From contig OZ244960.1 in assembly GCA_965222605.1 (NCBI GenBank), forward strand, positions 3,040,001 to 3,104,000: 64,000 nt of DNA. Direction: 5' to 3'. Source of the stretch: Candidatus Latescibacterota bacterium. Its GTDB lineage: Bacteria; Latescibacterota; UBA2968. The notes under the pieces were generated by a model that was not told where the DNA came from, searched no databases, and saw nothing but the letters and a program-made list of their open reading frames with translations. Within the stretch, counting starts at the first letter, position 1. Each line of letters opens with the position of its first letter. Positions 39,957-49,803 of the stretch are shown here, in pieces. The position numbers and the translations under genes were made by a program.

Positions 39957-42176
39957 TTATGTCATGTTCAGAAGTTGAACGCTGAGATAAGATGGTGTTT
40001 GAGAGGGTAAGAGGATGGCGCAGATTGTGTTTTTGCCGGGGGTCAGGAGATCGGATCCATCGGGATGGAGCAGGGCGCAGGTTTCTGAGATGGGTGCGGA
40101 GTGCTGCCTGACGCGCAGGCTGCGGATGAGTTGGCCGTTGATGAAGATCTGGCAGTCGGCAGATGAGGTGACGTAGAATAGGGGTTTATCGGGGCGTTGA
40201 TTCAGGTCGATGGTGGTGCGGAGATAGATGGGGGCGTTTGATGTTTCTTCTGCTGTGCTAAATGGGCCTTTTCCCGCGTTCCAGGATGAATCGTCGAAGG
40301 CGGTTTGACACCAGTCGCCGCCGCAGTTCGGCAGGTTGGCGCGGGGCGAGGTGTCCTGGGGCATGGCGGGTTGTGTGAATCCTTCGCCGGTGCTGTATCG
40401 CCATTCGGTGTGGGGACCAATGGTGGTTTCAAATTGAGGGGGATCCCAGAGTGTGGCGTGGATATTGCCGAGTTCATCGGGGTCGATTTTGGAGATTTTG
40501 CGGTCGTAGGTGAGCCAGCCGTTGAGTTCGTGTTCGACATCGGTGATCTGGGTATATACGACGCCGTTGAGTGCGGTGAGGCCGACCATTGCGCGGAGGT
40601 TTTCGACCCAGAAGCGGTAGTCGTCTTCCATTGCCTGGGGCGTTGGATATGTGGGGCGGGTGATGTGTTCGGATGGTTTTTCGTGGTCGTACCAGGTGTG
40701 ACCCGGGATGCAGAGGTTGAATCCGCCCGCTTCGCCCAGGAGGACGATACGGCTATTGGCGCATTGTTGCCGCGCTATGGCCGGGTAGAAGGTGTAGTCG
40801 TGAATATCGTATATGTCGCCCGTGCCCATGTCTGTCCAGCCGCTGGCACTGGTGACGAGACGAGAGGGGTCGCGTTGTGCGATGAGGTCTGTGAGGCGTT
40901 CGGTGTCGTGCTGGCCCCAGCCTTCGTTGAAGATGATCCACTGGACAACACTGGGATGGTTGTGTAGCCAGTCCATTATGTTATCAAATTCGGTCTTCCA
41001 CTGTTGTGCGGCTTCGGGAGGTACGTTTTGCCCGAACTTGGGCATGCAGATCATGTCTTGCCAGACCAATAGGCCGAGCCGGTCGCAGTGGTAGTACCAG
41101 CGATCGGGATGGGTTTTGACGTGAACGCGCACCATGTTGCAGGCGATTTGTTTGAGGTACTGGAGGTCGAAGAGGATGGCTTCGTCAGATGGCGGGGTCA
41201 AGATGCCGTCGGGCCAATAGCCCTGGTCCAGGGAACCGAGTTGAAAAATGGGTTTGTCGTTGAGGAGGAAGCGTTTGATGCCGTTTTCGTCTTCGCCAAT
41301 GGATATTTTTCGCATGCCAAAGTAGCTGTCGATTGTGTCGGTGGTTTCGCCGTTGTGTTGTACTTTGACTTTGAGGTCGTAGAGGAAGGGATGGTCAGGA
41401 TGCCAGAGTTTTGCGTTTGGAATACCGAGGGAGATGGTGCGGTTGGCCTGTCCGGTTGCTTCGGCTATTTGCTGGTTGCCGTCGTAGGCGATTGTTTGAA
41501 TTTGGCAATTCTCTAACCTTTCGCCCGAGACAAGGATGTCAATTGTTGCGTTGTCTATATCGGGTGTGAGGCGAAGGGTGCGGATGGATTGCTCTGGTAC
41601 GGCTTCGAGCCAGACGGTTTGCCAGATGCCGCCGGTGGGTTGATACCGAAACCCCTGGCGGCTTTCTGGCATGATTTGTTTGCCAAGGGCTTGTGGCTGT
41701 TGCTCGGTGGCGTCCCAGCAAGAGACAATGAGTTCGTTCGCGCCGTCTGTTAAATGGTCGGTGATGTCAAAGGTGAAGGGGTCGTATCCGCCGCGATGTT
41801 GTCCCGCTTTCTCGCCGTTGATATAGACAGAGGTTTCCCAGTCGGATGCCTGGAAATGGAGGAGTATGCGTTTGCCCGCCCAGTTTTCGGGAACGGTAAA
41901 ATTTCGGCGATACCAGAGACGCTGGTTCGGGCGGAGAATTTTCATGATGCCAGAGAGGGGGGCGTCAATGGCAAAGGGTACGAGGATTTGACCCTGATAG
42001 GTAGCGGGTGCGCTGGTGGTGCCGATGGGTTCGAGCGCGTAGTCCCACAGGCCGTTGAGATTTTGCCATTGCTGGCGAACCATTTGAGGGCGCGGGTGTT
42101 CTGGCAAGGCGTTGTCTGGCGATACGTTTTCCGCAAAAGGCGTTGAGATGTGTTTGGTCACGGGGTTCCATGTCAT
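39957..42176 (-). CDS. Glycoside hydrolase family 2 (beta-galactosidase-like)
   Basis: PRPQ..W.NLNGLW, LHFQASD, GGIWQTVWLE, LDQGYWPDG, NHPSVVQW..FNEGW, LGEAGG, YTQITDVE. Confidence 0.9.
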   Translation of the reverse strand: MTWNPVTKHISTPFAENVSPDNALPEHPRPQMVRQQWQNLNGLWDYALEPIGTTSAPATYQGQILVPFAIDAPLSGIMKILRPNQRLWYRRNFTVPENWAGKRILLHFQASDWETSVYINGEKAGQHRGGYDPFTFDITDHLTDGANELIVSCWDATEQQPQALGKQIMPESRQGFRYQPTGGIWQTVWLEAVPEQSIRTLRLTPDIDNATIDILVSGERLENCQIQTIAYDGNQQIAEATGQANRTISLGIPNAKLWHPDHPFLYDLKVKVQHNGETTDTIDSYFGMRKISIGEDENGIKRFLLNDKPIFQLGSLDQGYWPDGILTPPSDEAILFDLQYLKQIACNMVRVHVKTHPDRWYYHCDRLGLLVWQDMICMPKFGQNVPPEAAQQWKTEFDNIMDWLHNHPSVVQWIIFNEGWGQHDTERLTDLIAQRDPSRLVTSASGWTDMGTGDIYDIHDYTFYPAIARQQCANSRIVLLGEAGGFNLCIPGHTWYDHEKPSEHITRPTYPTPQAMEDDYRFWVENLRAMVGLTALNGVVYTQITDVEHELNGWLTYDRKISKIDPDELGNIHATLWDPPQFETTIGPHTEWRYSTGEGFTQPAMPQDTSPRANLPNCGGDWCQTAFDDSSWNAGKGPFSTAEETSNAPIYLRTTIDLNQRPDKPLFYVTSSADCQIFINGQLIRSLRVRQHSAPISETCALLHPDGSDLLTPGKNTICAILLPSQTPSYLSVQLLNMT

Positions 42177-42179
42177 CTC

Positions 42180-43589
42180 TCAAGCTACCTTTTTGGGTCT
42201 TCTTTGTGTCTGACCTTTGGGTTCGCTGTCCCAGCGCAGTGCCTGGAGGCGATGCATGGCGGCTCTGAGTGCTTCGGGCGTGCCGATGCGATAGAGTCCG
42301 TGTACTGCGAATCCGCGAACGTAGTGGTTGCCATCGCGCATGGCGTCTGCCAGTTCGGGAATGGCTTCTTCGGCATAGATGCCTAATCGCGCGAGGGAGA
42401 GGGCGGCATTGCGTCGGACGAAGTCGCTTTCATCTGTGGCTAATATGTCGGCGAGTGGGCGCGCGGCTTCCGAGGTGTTCTGGCTGGTGGTGCCCAGAGA
42501 TTCTGCGGCTCGTGCGCGTACGTCTTCATCGGTGTCCTGCAACAGGGCGATGAGGTCGGGCGTGGCTGTTTTTGCACGCAAGCCGATGTCGCCGAGTACA
42601 TCGATGGCACGGGAGCGGATTTGTGGATTTGGATTTTTGGTGAGGTCGAGGAATGCGGGTACGGCAATTTCGCCAATATTTGTGAATCCATATCCCGCGT
42701 TTCGAGGCGGGTTCTCATTTTCCGTGTCGCTGAGTGCGTCGATCATGGCGGGAACCGCTTTTTCGCCCTGTGATCCCAGGGTGTAGGATGCATTGAGGGC
42801 GGCAGCTTCGTCTGGATTGGAGAGTTGTTCGATCAGGGGTTCGATAGATGTCCCGTTGGTCGCGTGTTGGGGGGCTTTGCCCAGGTGCCAGTTCCACATG
42901 GCCTGATAGGTGGGTTCTTGTGGATCGCCGGATGCGACCCATGTTTCATCACTGTGATCCCATGTCGGTTCGGTAGGCTCAGTCATGCGTGTGAACAGGA
43001 ATTTGACCATGTGGCGCGTGATGTCCGTGTAGTTGGCTTCTTTTTTGTGCAGGATGTCGTAGTGAATGAGTGCGACGGTTCCCGCGGGTCCCGATGTGAA
43101 AAGGTGTTCTCCTTCCTGGTCGCGGGCGGTGATGTATTGCGATCTGGGGGTTACGCTGGTGGGTCCCATTTCACGGGGTGTGTCCTGGGGATAGTACATC
43201 GCCATCATCCAGCGGCAGTGGTGGTGGCGGCGGTTTTGGTCGGCGCAGTATCGACTGTTGTGCAAGCTGTCTTTGTGCATGATGCGCGCATCGCTGCCCG
43301 GGCGGCTTTCGTGAACGTGGCGGTGCAGGTGCAAATAATAATCGGGGCCCAGGATGCTGGAAAACGCGCCGTGAACAATGGGGTGATCCCATACGTCTTG
43401 TAGTTCTGGCACGGCGGGGAGGAGGTTGTTGCCCGGATTTCTGCCACTGCTTTTTTCAAAGGATTCATCGATGCGTTTATAGACTTTTTCGTGAAATCCC
43501 TCTGGGAAGTCGGGGTGGAGGATGAGGTACCCGTCGCGAATGAATTGCTGCATTTGCTCGTCGGTCAATAAAACAGGTTTGTCTGCCAT
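42180..43589 (-). CDS. PhyH-family Fe(II)/2OG dioxygenase with C-terminal HEAT repeats
   Basis: LTDEQMQQFIRDGY, HKD...H triad, GPT; C-terminal repeats VRARAAESLG, VRRNAALSL. Confidence 0.85.
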   Translation of the reverse strand: MADKPVLLTDEQMQQFIRDGYLILHPDFPEGFHEKVYKRIDESFEKSSGRNPGNNLLPAVPELQDVWDHPIVHGAFSSILGPDYYLHLHRHVHESRPGSDARIMHKDSLHNSRYCADQNRRHHHCRWMMAMYYPQDTPREMGPTSVTPRSQYITARDQEGEHLFTSGPAGTVALIHYDILHKKEANYTDITRHMVKFLFTRMTEPTEPTWDHSDETWVASGDPQEPTYQAMWNWHLGKAPQHATNGTSIEPLIEQLSNPDEAAALNASYTLGSQGEKAVPAMIDALSDTENENPPRNAGYGFTNIGEIAVPAFLDLTKNPNPQIRSRAIDVLGDIGLRAKTATPDLIALLQDTDEDVRARAAESLGTTSQNTSEAARPLADILATDESDFVRRNAALSLARLGIYAEEAIPELADAMRDGNHYVRGFAVHGLYRIGTPEALRAAMHRLQALRWDSEPKGQTQRRPKKVA

Positions 43590-43681
43590 GTCAATTTCCT
43601 TTCTCGTTTTTGTGGGGTGGTTGGATCATTTATAAATATACAATACCTCTATTTAATCAAGGACATTTTGTTTTGGTGATG

Positions 43682-44464
43682 CTACAATCGCAATGCGAGA
43701 CTGCCCTGATTTTTCTCACTGAGCGTGTCCATGTAATCACTGCGGTCAAAAAACTGGCTGGTGTCGTAGAGAAAGGCGTATTTGCCGTTCCGATCACAGC
43801 CGGTTTCAAGTGCGACGCGGTTGATTTCGGCAATATTGGGATAGGAGGGCCAGAGGATGCCTTCTTCGCAGTAGGAGGTGTCGATGAAGTAGCGTTTGTA
43901 ATTGCCGCCGCCGGGTTTGGGTCGGCGGGCGTGTTGCAGGGCGGAGTGAACGATGACGATGGAGCCGGGGGCCAGGTTGTCGATGGTGCGCGAGCCGGGC
44001 AGGTCTTCGAATTGAAATTGGCGATAGGCATCGTTGGCCATGACTTTTTTGTGGGTGCCGGGCATGACGAGGAGGTCGCCCACTTCGCCGTTCAGGCCAT
44101 TCATGTACATGAATACATGGACCATCAGGTGCGAGCGATTTGTGTGCGGGATTTGTGCATAGTCTTGATGCCATGGTGCCCCGCGTTCTCCGGGCAGTTG
44201 CCATCGGGCGTGGATATGGTGATGGACAAATTTTTTGCCATTTATCAGATCGGCCACGCGATCTACAACACTGGGTTCAGATGTGAGCAGGCCGAGTTCT
44301 GGATACGCCATGAGCATGGGGCGTTTTTCCGTTTCGCGGTCGATCATGAGTTGATCGACGTCGGCTTTGATTCGTTCGTTCAGGTCGTGGTCGAAGAGTC
44401 CTTCAAATACGAGGTATCCCTCTTCGTCGAATTGGGCGAGGTCGTCGGGTGTGAGGTGGTTCAT
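43682..44464 (-). CDS. PhyH-family dioxygenase
   Basis: QFDEEGYLV, PWHQDY, LLVMPGTH, HSALQHAR; start moved to MNHLTP (ATGA overlap). Confidence 0.88.
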   Translation of the reverse strand: MNHLTPDDLAQFDEEGYLVFEGLFDHDLNERIKADVDQLMIDRETEKRPMLMAYPELGLLTSEPSVVDRVADLINGKKFVHHHIHARWQLPGERGAPWHQDYAQIPHTNRSHLMVHVFMYMNGLNGEVGDLLVMPGTHKKVMANDAYRQFQFEDLPGSRTIDNLAPGSIVIVHSALQHARRPKPGGGNYKRYFIDTSYCEEGILWPSYPNIAEINRVALETGCDRNGKYAFLYDTSQFFDRSDYMDTLSEKNQGSLALRL

Positions 44465-45945
44465 GGGTTCTCCTCCAAATGGACGTGAGCCAGATGCATA
44501 TCGGGGTTGCCGTGGGCAAAGTTGCCGTCGCAGGCCCTGAGGAGTTGGCGTGCGAGTTGATCGACTTTGTCGGGATATTCGGCGACGAGGTCGGTTTCTT
44601 CCCGGTAGTCGTCCAGGACGTTGTAGAGTTGGAAGCTGTTGGTTTTGTTGATGTGGCGCAATTTCCAGCCGTCGGCTGTGGTGAGTGCAGGACCGAGACG
44701 GGATGAAAAGACGACGGGTGCGTGGGGGCATTGCTCTTTGCCCAAAAGGGTGGGTAAGAAGGATTCGCCGTCTTTCCAGTCGGGTGTTTCCTGCCCTGTG
44801 AGATCGGATAGCGTGGGCATAAAATCGTAATTGGCGATCATGTGATCGGTTATGCCGGGAGAGATGCGACCGGGCCAGCGCGCGATGTAAGGAAGGCGTG
44901 TGCCGCCTTCCCAGCTCGTCCATTTGAGGCCAGCCATGCCGTCGTTGCCGTTGAATACATCACCGCTTTGTTCTGTTGTATGCCGGGTGGTGATGTCGTC
45001 ATAGCGGATGCCGTCGAGGCTTTGTCTTTTGACGGTGCGGCCTTGTTGTGCGGCGTAGATTTCGTGGCCGTTGTCAGAGCTGAAGAAGACGATGGTGTTG
45101 TCGGCAATGCCGAGCGCGTCGAGTTCGTCGAGGATGATGCCAACGGTGTCGTCGAGGCGAAGAATCATGGATGCGTATTCTTTTTCAAAGCCGGTGAGTT
45201 CTGGCGCGTTTTTTACGCCCGGATGAATTTCGGGAACAGAGATGGGGCCGTGGGGCAGTTGCGAGGGGTGGAAGAGGAAGAAGGGGTTGTGTCGATTTTT
45301 GCGGAGGAAATCGACGATTTTGTCGTTGAAGAGGTCTTGAGAATAGGTGACTTTCCCGGTCATGTCGTGGCGGATGGTCGCGTTTTCAGGGGATTCTGAA
45401 CCGGGGTGGTTGTCGGGATGGGTGTTGCCGGGTATTTTGACTATGTCGCCATTTTCAAAGAGGAATGGCGGATAGAAGCCGTGGCAGAGTTGATGGTCGT
45501 AGTAGCCGTAGTGGTAATCCCATCCGTGCCGACGAATGCGTTCGGGCGTTGTGGCAAAGCCCCATTCGAGTTTGCCAATTTGTCCCGTGACATAGCCTGT
45601 GCGTTGCGCGATTTGCGCGAGAAAGACTTCGTCGGGGCGTTCTTGAAGGCCGGTGTTGTTGATGAGTTCGGCAATGTGTTCAAAGGTCGCGGTGCCTTCG
45701 GCCATGGGGCGGTAGAGACCGCCTCTGGTGAAGGTCCATCGGCCCGCGTGTGCGTCGTGATAGCCGGTCATGAGGCTGGCGCGCGCCGGGGCGCAAAAGA
45801 TGCAGCCATAGGCGCGGGTGAATTGCAAGCCTTCGCGGGCGAGGCGGTCAATATTGGGGGTTTGAAAGTGTTTCTGGCCGTAGCAGGAGAGCATGCCGCG
45901 ACCGAGGTCGTCGCCGTAGATGTAGATGATGTTGGGATTGGACAT
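44461..45945 (-). CDS. Sulfatase (S1)
   Basis: PNIIYIYGDD, CAPARASLMTG, GKLEWG, SSDNG, WEGG. Confidence 0.92.
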   Translation of the reverse strand: MSNPNIIYIYGDDLGRGMLSCYGQKHFQTPNIDRLAREGLQFTRAYGCIFCAPARASLMTGYHDAHAGRWTFTRGGLYRPMAEGTATFEHIAELINNTGLQERPDEVFLAQIAQRTGYVTGQIGKLEWGFATTPERIRRHGWDYHYGYYDHQLCHGFYPPFLFENGDIVKIPGNTHPDNHPGSESPENATIRHDMTGKVTYSQDLFNDKIVDFLRKNRHNPFFLFHPSQLPHGPISVPEIHPGVKNAPELTGFEKEYASMILRLDDTVGIILDELDALGIADNTIVFFSSDNGHEIYAAQQGRTVKRQSLDGIRYDDITTRHTTEQSGDVFNGNDGMAGLKWTSWEGGTRLPYIARWPGRISPGITDHMIANYDFMPTLSDLTGQETPDWKDGESFLPTLLGKEQCPHAPVVFSSRLGPALTTADGWKLRHINKTNSFQLYNVLDDYREETDLVAEYPDKVDQLARQLLRACDGNFAHGNPDMHLAHVHLEENP

Positions 45946-45956
45946 TGAGATTCCTT

Positions 45957-47024
45957 TTATAGTTCGGTGACATCGACGGCTTTGCGCTGTGTTGTCGCCT
46001 GGTGCGCGGCGTGGATGAGGGCGAGGTTGTGGCGGGCGTGTTCGGCGGTGATTGGGAGTGGTCTGCCTTCTGCGAGTGCTTTGAAGGTGGCGGCAAAATA
46101 GTTGGCGTGACCGGCGCGAGACAGGGCGTCTGTGCTGAGGCCGTGGTCGAGGTCAATGGGTTGCCATTTGCGAGTGGATTTGTCGAGGCGGAGAAGTTCG
46201 CGTCCGCGGCTGATAATGCGGATGCCGTGTGTGCGGGTATAGACTTCGCATATATTGTGGTCGCCGGTGCCGGGCATGCCCCAGGATGTAGAGACGGTGG
46301 AGATTGCGCCGTTTTCGTGTTCAAAGAGGAGGAAGGCGACGTCATCGACATCGAAGTCGAAGAATTTGGTTTGTACGCGGGCTTCCACGTAGCGCACGGG
46401 TGAGCCGATCATGGTTTCGATGAGGTAAATTTCGTGGTAGGCGCTGTCGCCAATACAGCCGCCGCCGGCTGCTTTGGATGCGCGCCAGACGCTGTTGGGG
46501 TCGGCCTGATCTTCTGTTTTGCCAAAGAGGGAGAGGGCGCGACCTGTTTGGGGTGTGCCTGTATTTTCTTCGCGCAATAGTCTGAGGGCTTCTGCGGTGC
46601 CAGGCGTGTAGAGAAAGTTGTGTACAATGCCGTAGGAGACGTTGTGTTTTTTTACGGCGTCGAGGAGGCGGTCGGCTTCTTCGAGGGATGTTGCCATGGG
46701 TTTTTCCGAGATGATGGCGACGCCTGCTTGTGCAGCTTCGATGACGTGTTCGGCGTGCAGGTGATGGGGGGTGGCGATGATGACGGCGTCGAGTTCGGCG
46801 CGGGCGAGCATGTGGCGGAGGTCTTCGTAGCGTTGTTCTGTAATGATGTCTGCTGCTGTGCCAACGCGGTTTCTGTTTTCGGGGATGGGATCGGCAATTG
46901 CCGAGATGGTTACGAGGTCGGGTATGTCGAGCAGGCCATGGAGGTGCGATTTCTGGACGATGCCGCCACAGCCGATCAGGCCCAGGCGGATGGGTCGAGA
47001 TCCGGAGTTTTGTTCACGAGACAT
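45957..47024 (-). CDS. Gfo/Idh/MocA family oxidoreductase
   Basis: GLIGCGGI, IATPHHLH, SEKPMA, AGGG..D..YH; start moved to MSREQ. Confidence 0.9.
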   Translation of the reverse strand: MSREQNSGSRPIRLGLIGCGGIVQKSHLHGLLDIPDLVTISAIADPIPENRNRVGTAADIITEQRYEDLRHMLARAELDAVIIATPHHLHAEHVIEAAQAGVAIISEKPMATSLEEADRLLDAVKKHNVSYGIVHNFLYTPGTAEALRLLREENTGTPQTGRALSLFGKTEDQADPNSVWRASKAAGGGCIGDSAYHEIYLIETMIGSPVRYVEARVQTKFFDFDVDDVAFLLFEHENGAISTVSTSWGMPGTGDHNICEVYTRTHGIRIISRGRELLRLDKSTRKWQPIDLDHGLSTDALSRAGHANYFAATFKALAEGRPLPITAEHARHNLALIHAAHQATTQRKAVDVTEL

Positions 47025-48099
47025 TATGAGTGTTCCTTTTCGCGATTTTCTGCGCGATGTATTCCGCGTCGCGTCCCACACCGCGCAGGAGATGTGATCC
47101 GACGGTATGTTGAAATTTTAAGCCGACAAAAAACAGGCCGGGGATACATACACCGCGTTTGTGAATGGGTCCGTTTTTGTCAAATGCGGATTTGGGATTG
47201 TGTACGCGGATAAATTTGTAGTCGGGTCTAGAGCCAGTGCACCACAAGACGGTCAGGTTTTCCAAACCGACAATTTCGCCGTCGGCGCAGATGATTCCGC
47301 GATGGTCGGCATCTATTACGCGACCGACCCGCTGTACGCCGTAGTGTTTTGAAAGCCAGCGCGGCGATGGTGCCATGGCGGGATCTCCCCCCTGCCATTG
47401 GCGTTCAATACGCCGTCCGATTCGCGATTGTCGCTGGATTTCGAAAATTGGGAGCATGCGCGAGAATACGCCGATGGGGATGCCCAGAATTGACCAGGGG
47501 ACGACTCCGTTGCCGCTGAGTGCAAATGAGAGGTTTTCAAATTGATTCGATTGTGCCAGGTCCAGGCAGATTTGAATCCCACTGCTGCCGCTGCCGACGA
47601 TGAGGACATTTGCCGTTGTGATCTGGTCGGGATTTCGATAGGCGGATGAGTGTAGTTGGATGGTTGATTGCGGTAGTTTTTTGGCGGTGTCTGGTACAAA
47701 GGGGCGGGCTGCATGCCCAGTGCAGATGGCGACGTTGGCTGTTTGATAGGTTTCGGTGTCTGTATGCACATGCCAGGTCCCTTTTTCTTCGGCGACTTGC
47801 GTGACGGTGACGCCTTCTTTCAATGGGGGATTGACCATCTGGCGATACGCGCGAAAATAATCGAGTGCTTCTTCGCGTGTGGCGGTGTCGTACCACGCCT
47901 TGTGCGGTGCAAATGGTTTTTGCATGCCGGGCAGTGTGTTCATCCAATTGGCTGTGTTCATCCGGAAGCTGTCCCAGCAGTTGTGCCACGCGGAGAACGC
48001 CCGGTCGCGCTCCAATACGAGGTGTTCGACCCCGCGTTGTTGCAAGAAATAACTCAGTGTAATGCTGGCCTGTCCACCGCCTATAACGATGGTATTCAT
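47014..48099 (-). CDS. Flavin-containing monooxygenase-like FAD/NAD(P) oxidoreductase
   Basis: IVIGGGQAS, WDS, LHSSAYRNP, VGSGSSGIQI, WCTG.RPD, PGLFFVG. Confidence 0.82.
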   Translation of the reverse strand: MNTIVIGGGQASITLSYFLQQRGVEHLVLERDRAFSAWHNCWDSFRMNTANWMNTLPGMQKPFAPHKAWYDTATREEALDYFRAYRQMVNPPLKEGVTVTQVAEEKGTWHVHTDTETYQTANVAICTGHAARPFVPDTAKKLPQSTIQLHSSAYRNPDQITTANVLIVGSGSSGIQICLDLAQSNQFENLSFALSGNGVVPWSILGIPIGVFSRMLPIFEIQRQSRIGRRIERQWQGGDPAMAPSPRWLSKHYGVQRVGRVIDADHRGIICADGEIVGLENLTVLWCTGSRPDYKFIRVHNPKSAFDKNGPIHKRGVCIPGLFFVGLKFQHTVGSHLLRGVGRDAEYIAQKIAKRNTHNVS

Positions 48100-48140
48100 G
48101 ATATAGTCTTTATGCATCAATCAACCCCATCAACAGCACC

Positions 48141-48200
48141 GTCATCGCGGCGTGGTCCCCTGCTAAAACCATGCAGGGGCAGGGCCGAGCCGCGATCCAG
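48141..48200. repeat. CGTC-type REP carrying a nested mini-hairpin
   Basis: Arms GTCATCGCGGC / GCCGCGATCCAG match 24764-24796; inner CCCCTGCTAAAACCATGCAGGGG at 48157-48179. Confidence 0.7.
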
Positions 48201-48335
48201 TCTATCAGATTCTTTTCAGGTTACAATTTTATGCCTGTCAAAATAGCGCGTTGACAAAGGTTTTGCAAATTCGTTTAAACTTGGGGATAAAGACCTGTTA
48301 CGCTTTAGGACAACGCTTAGGTGTGAGCATTTCGC

Positions 48336-49529
48336 TTAATACTTTGAGATGGCCTCAAAATCCAATTCTACGACCCAGTCTTGAACCGCGCCATCCCTGA
48401 TAAACCGGATAAATCCAAGTTCCCCAAGCCGTATTAACTCCCTTTGAAAAGTTCGCCATGTGACATTCTGGTACGCAGATTGTACATAACGATCTTCCTG
48501 TAGTTCTGATAGTTCGATCCTTCGAGATGGGGTATCGGAGAAGGGATCTGAAGGCTCTATTTCACGTAGGAGAAAGTTGAGGAGATTGTATTCCCTTTGG
48601 TTCAGAAGTCGTCGCCGAGTGCCAACTCTTTTATCGCGAGCTTGGACAAGCATCCTTTGATATATCAGCCGATTAATTCTTGCTTTAATGAAGTTATTTA
48701 TACCTTTGAGTTCGCTCGCAAAGCCGGTCACACCAAAGCGAATAAATGGTGTCACATCAAAAGGCTGGCTTTGCCGACATTGTTGGAGGATTGACTTGTA
48801 GTCTTGTTCGTGGCGATAGAAGTAGTTAGACAGGCCGTAGAAGCCATGCACATTATATCCAAGCCGAAAGAGAATACCGGCTTCAACGAGTCGGGAGACT
48901 CTTCCGTTTCCGTCTCCAAAGGGGTGAATTGTCACGAGGTAGAAATGGGCGAGCAAGGCGCGTATGACTGAATGAAGACCTTCGAGTCGGCGAGAATTGA
49001 TGAAATCGATATACTTCTCCATTAAGCGAGGTAGCCTTTCGTGCGGCGCACCTCTATGGACCCCTCCAAGCTCTTCTGTGCCCACAATAACGGAAATGTT
49101 GCGGAGTTTCCCAGGTATATTGCCGTCGGTATCCGAATCTCGGGTGACCATTTCGTGCATGGTGAGTATGTCTTTTAGACCGATAGGTGGGCTGTTTGGA
49201 AGAAATCGTTGTCTTACCCAGGCCTGAGCTTCCCCAGCATTTCTGATCTGCAATTGTTCTTTTGTTGCGGTATGCCTGTCGTCGTTGTGAGTTTGTTGTT
49301 CGAGGTACTCCATCTGCTGAGAAACCTCCGCCTCGGACAGGGGGTTGCCTTCTATTGCAGTTGTACCACGAACAGCACGGACTCTATTGAGCTTGTCAAG
49401 CTGGTTTTGCCACTCGGGTGACAGCACGAGGTTTAGAGAGGCTTCTTTATAAGCTTCAATAGAGATGAGATCCTGAAAGAGACCTTGCTGGTCGAGATGA
49501 TACTCAAAGGAGAATTTTTCCCAATCCAT
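48336..49529 (-). CDS. Fic family protein (class II, N-terminal inhibitory helix)
   Basis: HPFGDGNGRVSR catalytic motif; TTAIEGN fits (S/T)xxxE(G/N); start may instead be the GTG at 49574. Confidence 0.92.
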   Translation of the reverse strand: MDWEKFSFEYHLDQQGLFQDLISIEAYKEASLNLVLSPEWQNQLDKLNRVRAVRGTTAIEGNPLSEAEVSQQMEYLEQQTHNDDRHTATKEQLQIRNAGEAQAWVRQRFLPNSPPIGLKDILTMHEMVTRDSDTDGNIPGKLRNISVIVGTEELGGVHRGAPHERLPRLMEKYIDFINSRRLEGLHSVIRALLAHFYLVTIHPFGDGNGRVSRLVEAGILFRLGYNVHGFYGLSNYFYRHEQDYKSILQQCRQSQPFDVTPFIRFGVTGFASELKGINNFIKARINRLIYQRMLVQARDKRVGTRRRLLNQREYNLLNFLLREIEPSDPFSDTPSRRIELSELQEDRYVQSAYQNVTWRTFQRELIRLGELGFIRFIRDGAVQDWVVELDFEAISKY

Positions 49530-49539
49530 ATTTGTTCTC

Positions 49540-49674
49540 TTATTTGGCACGTTATTTGGCACGTTATTTGACACGCTAATAAATTTAGTAAGACATTAAA
49601 TAATAATAATTTTTTGTATTAATGACAAGAAAATAAAGGAAATTTTCTCCTTATTTGACACGTTATTTGACAAC
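49540..49674. repeat. Five 12-bp repeats TTATTTG(G/A)CACG in two tandem clusters
   Basis: 49540-49575 (3 copies) and 49651-49674 (2 copies, the last imperfect), upstream of the fic gene. Confidence 0.9.
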
Positions 49675-49803
49675 AATATGGTAAAATTTCTTTGATTCTG
49701 TTAAGGTTTTGCGAGCCAGTTCAAATTTGGTCTGACGAGGGGAGGTTTTGGATGTATATTGACGGGGTGCGTTTTTATATGATTGGATTGAAAGGATATT
49801 GTT

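Noticed and set aside
49540-49674. Possible CRISPR array
   Set aside because: Units are 12 bp, directly tandem, with no unique spacers; no cas genes. No CRISPR array was seen anywhere in the window.
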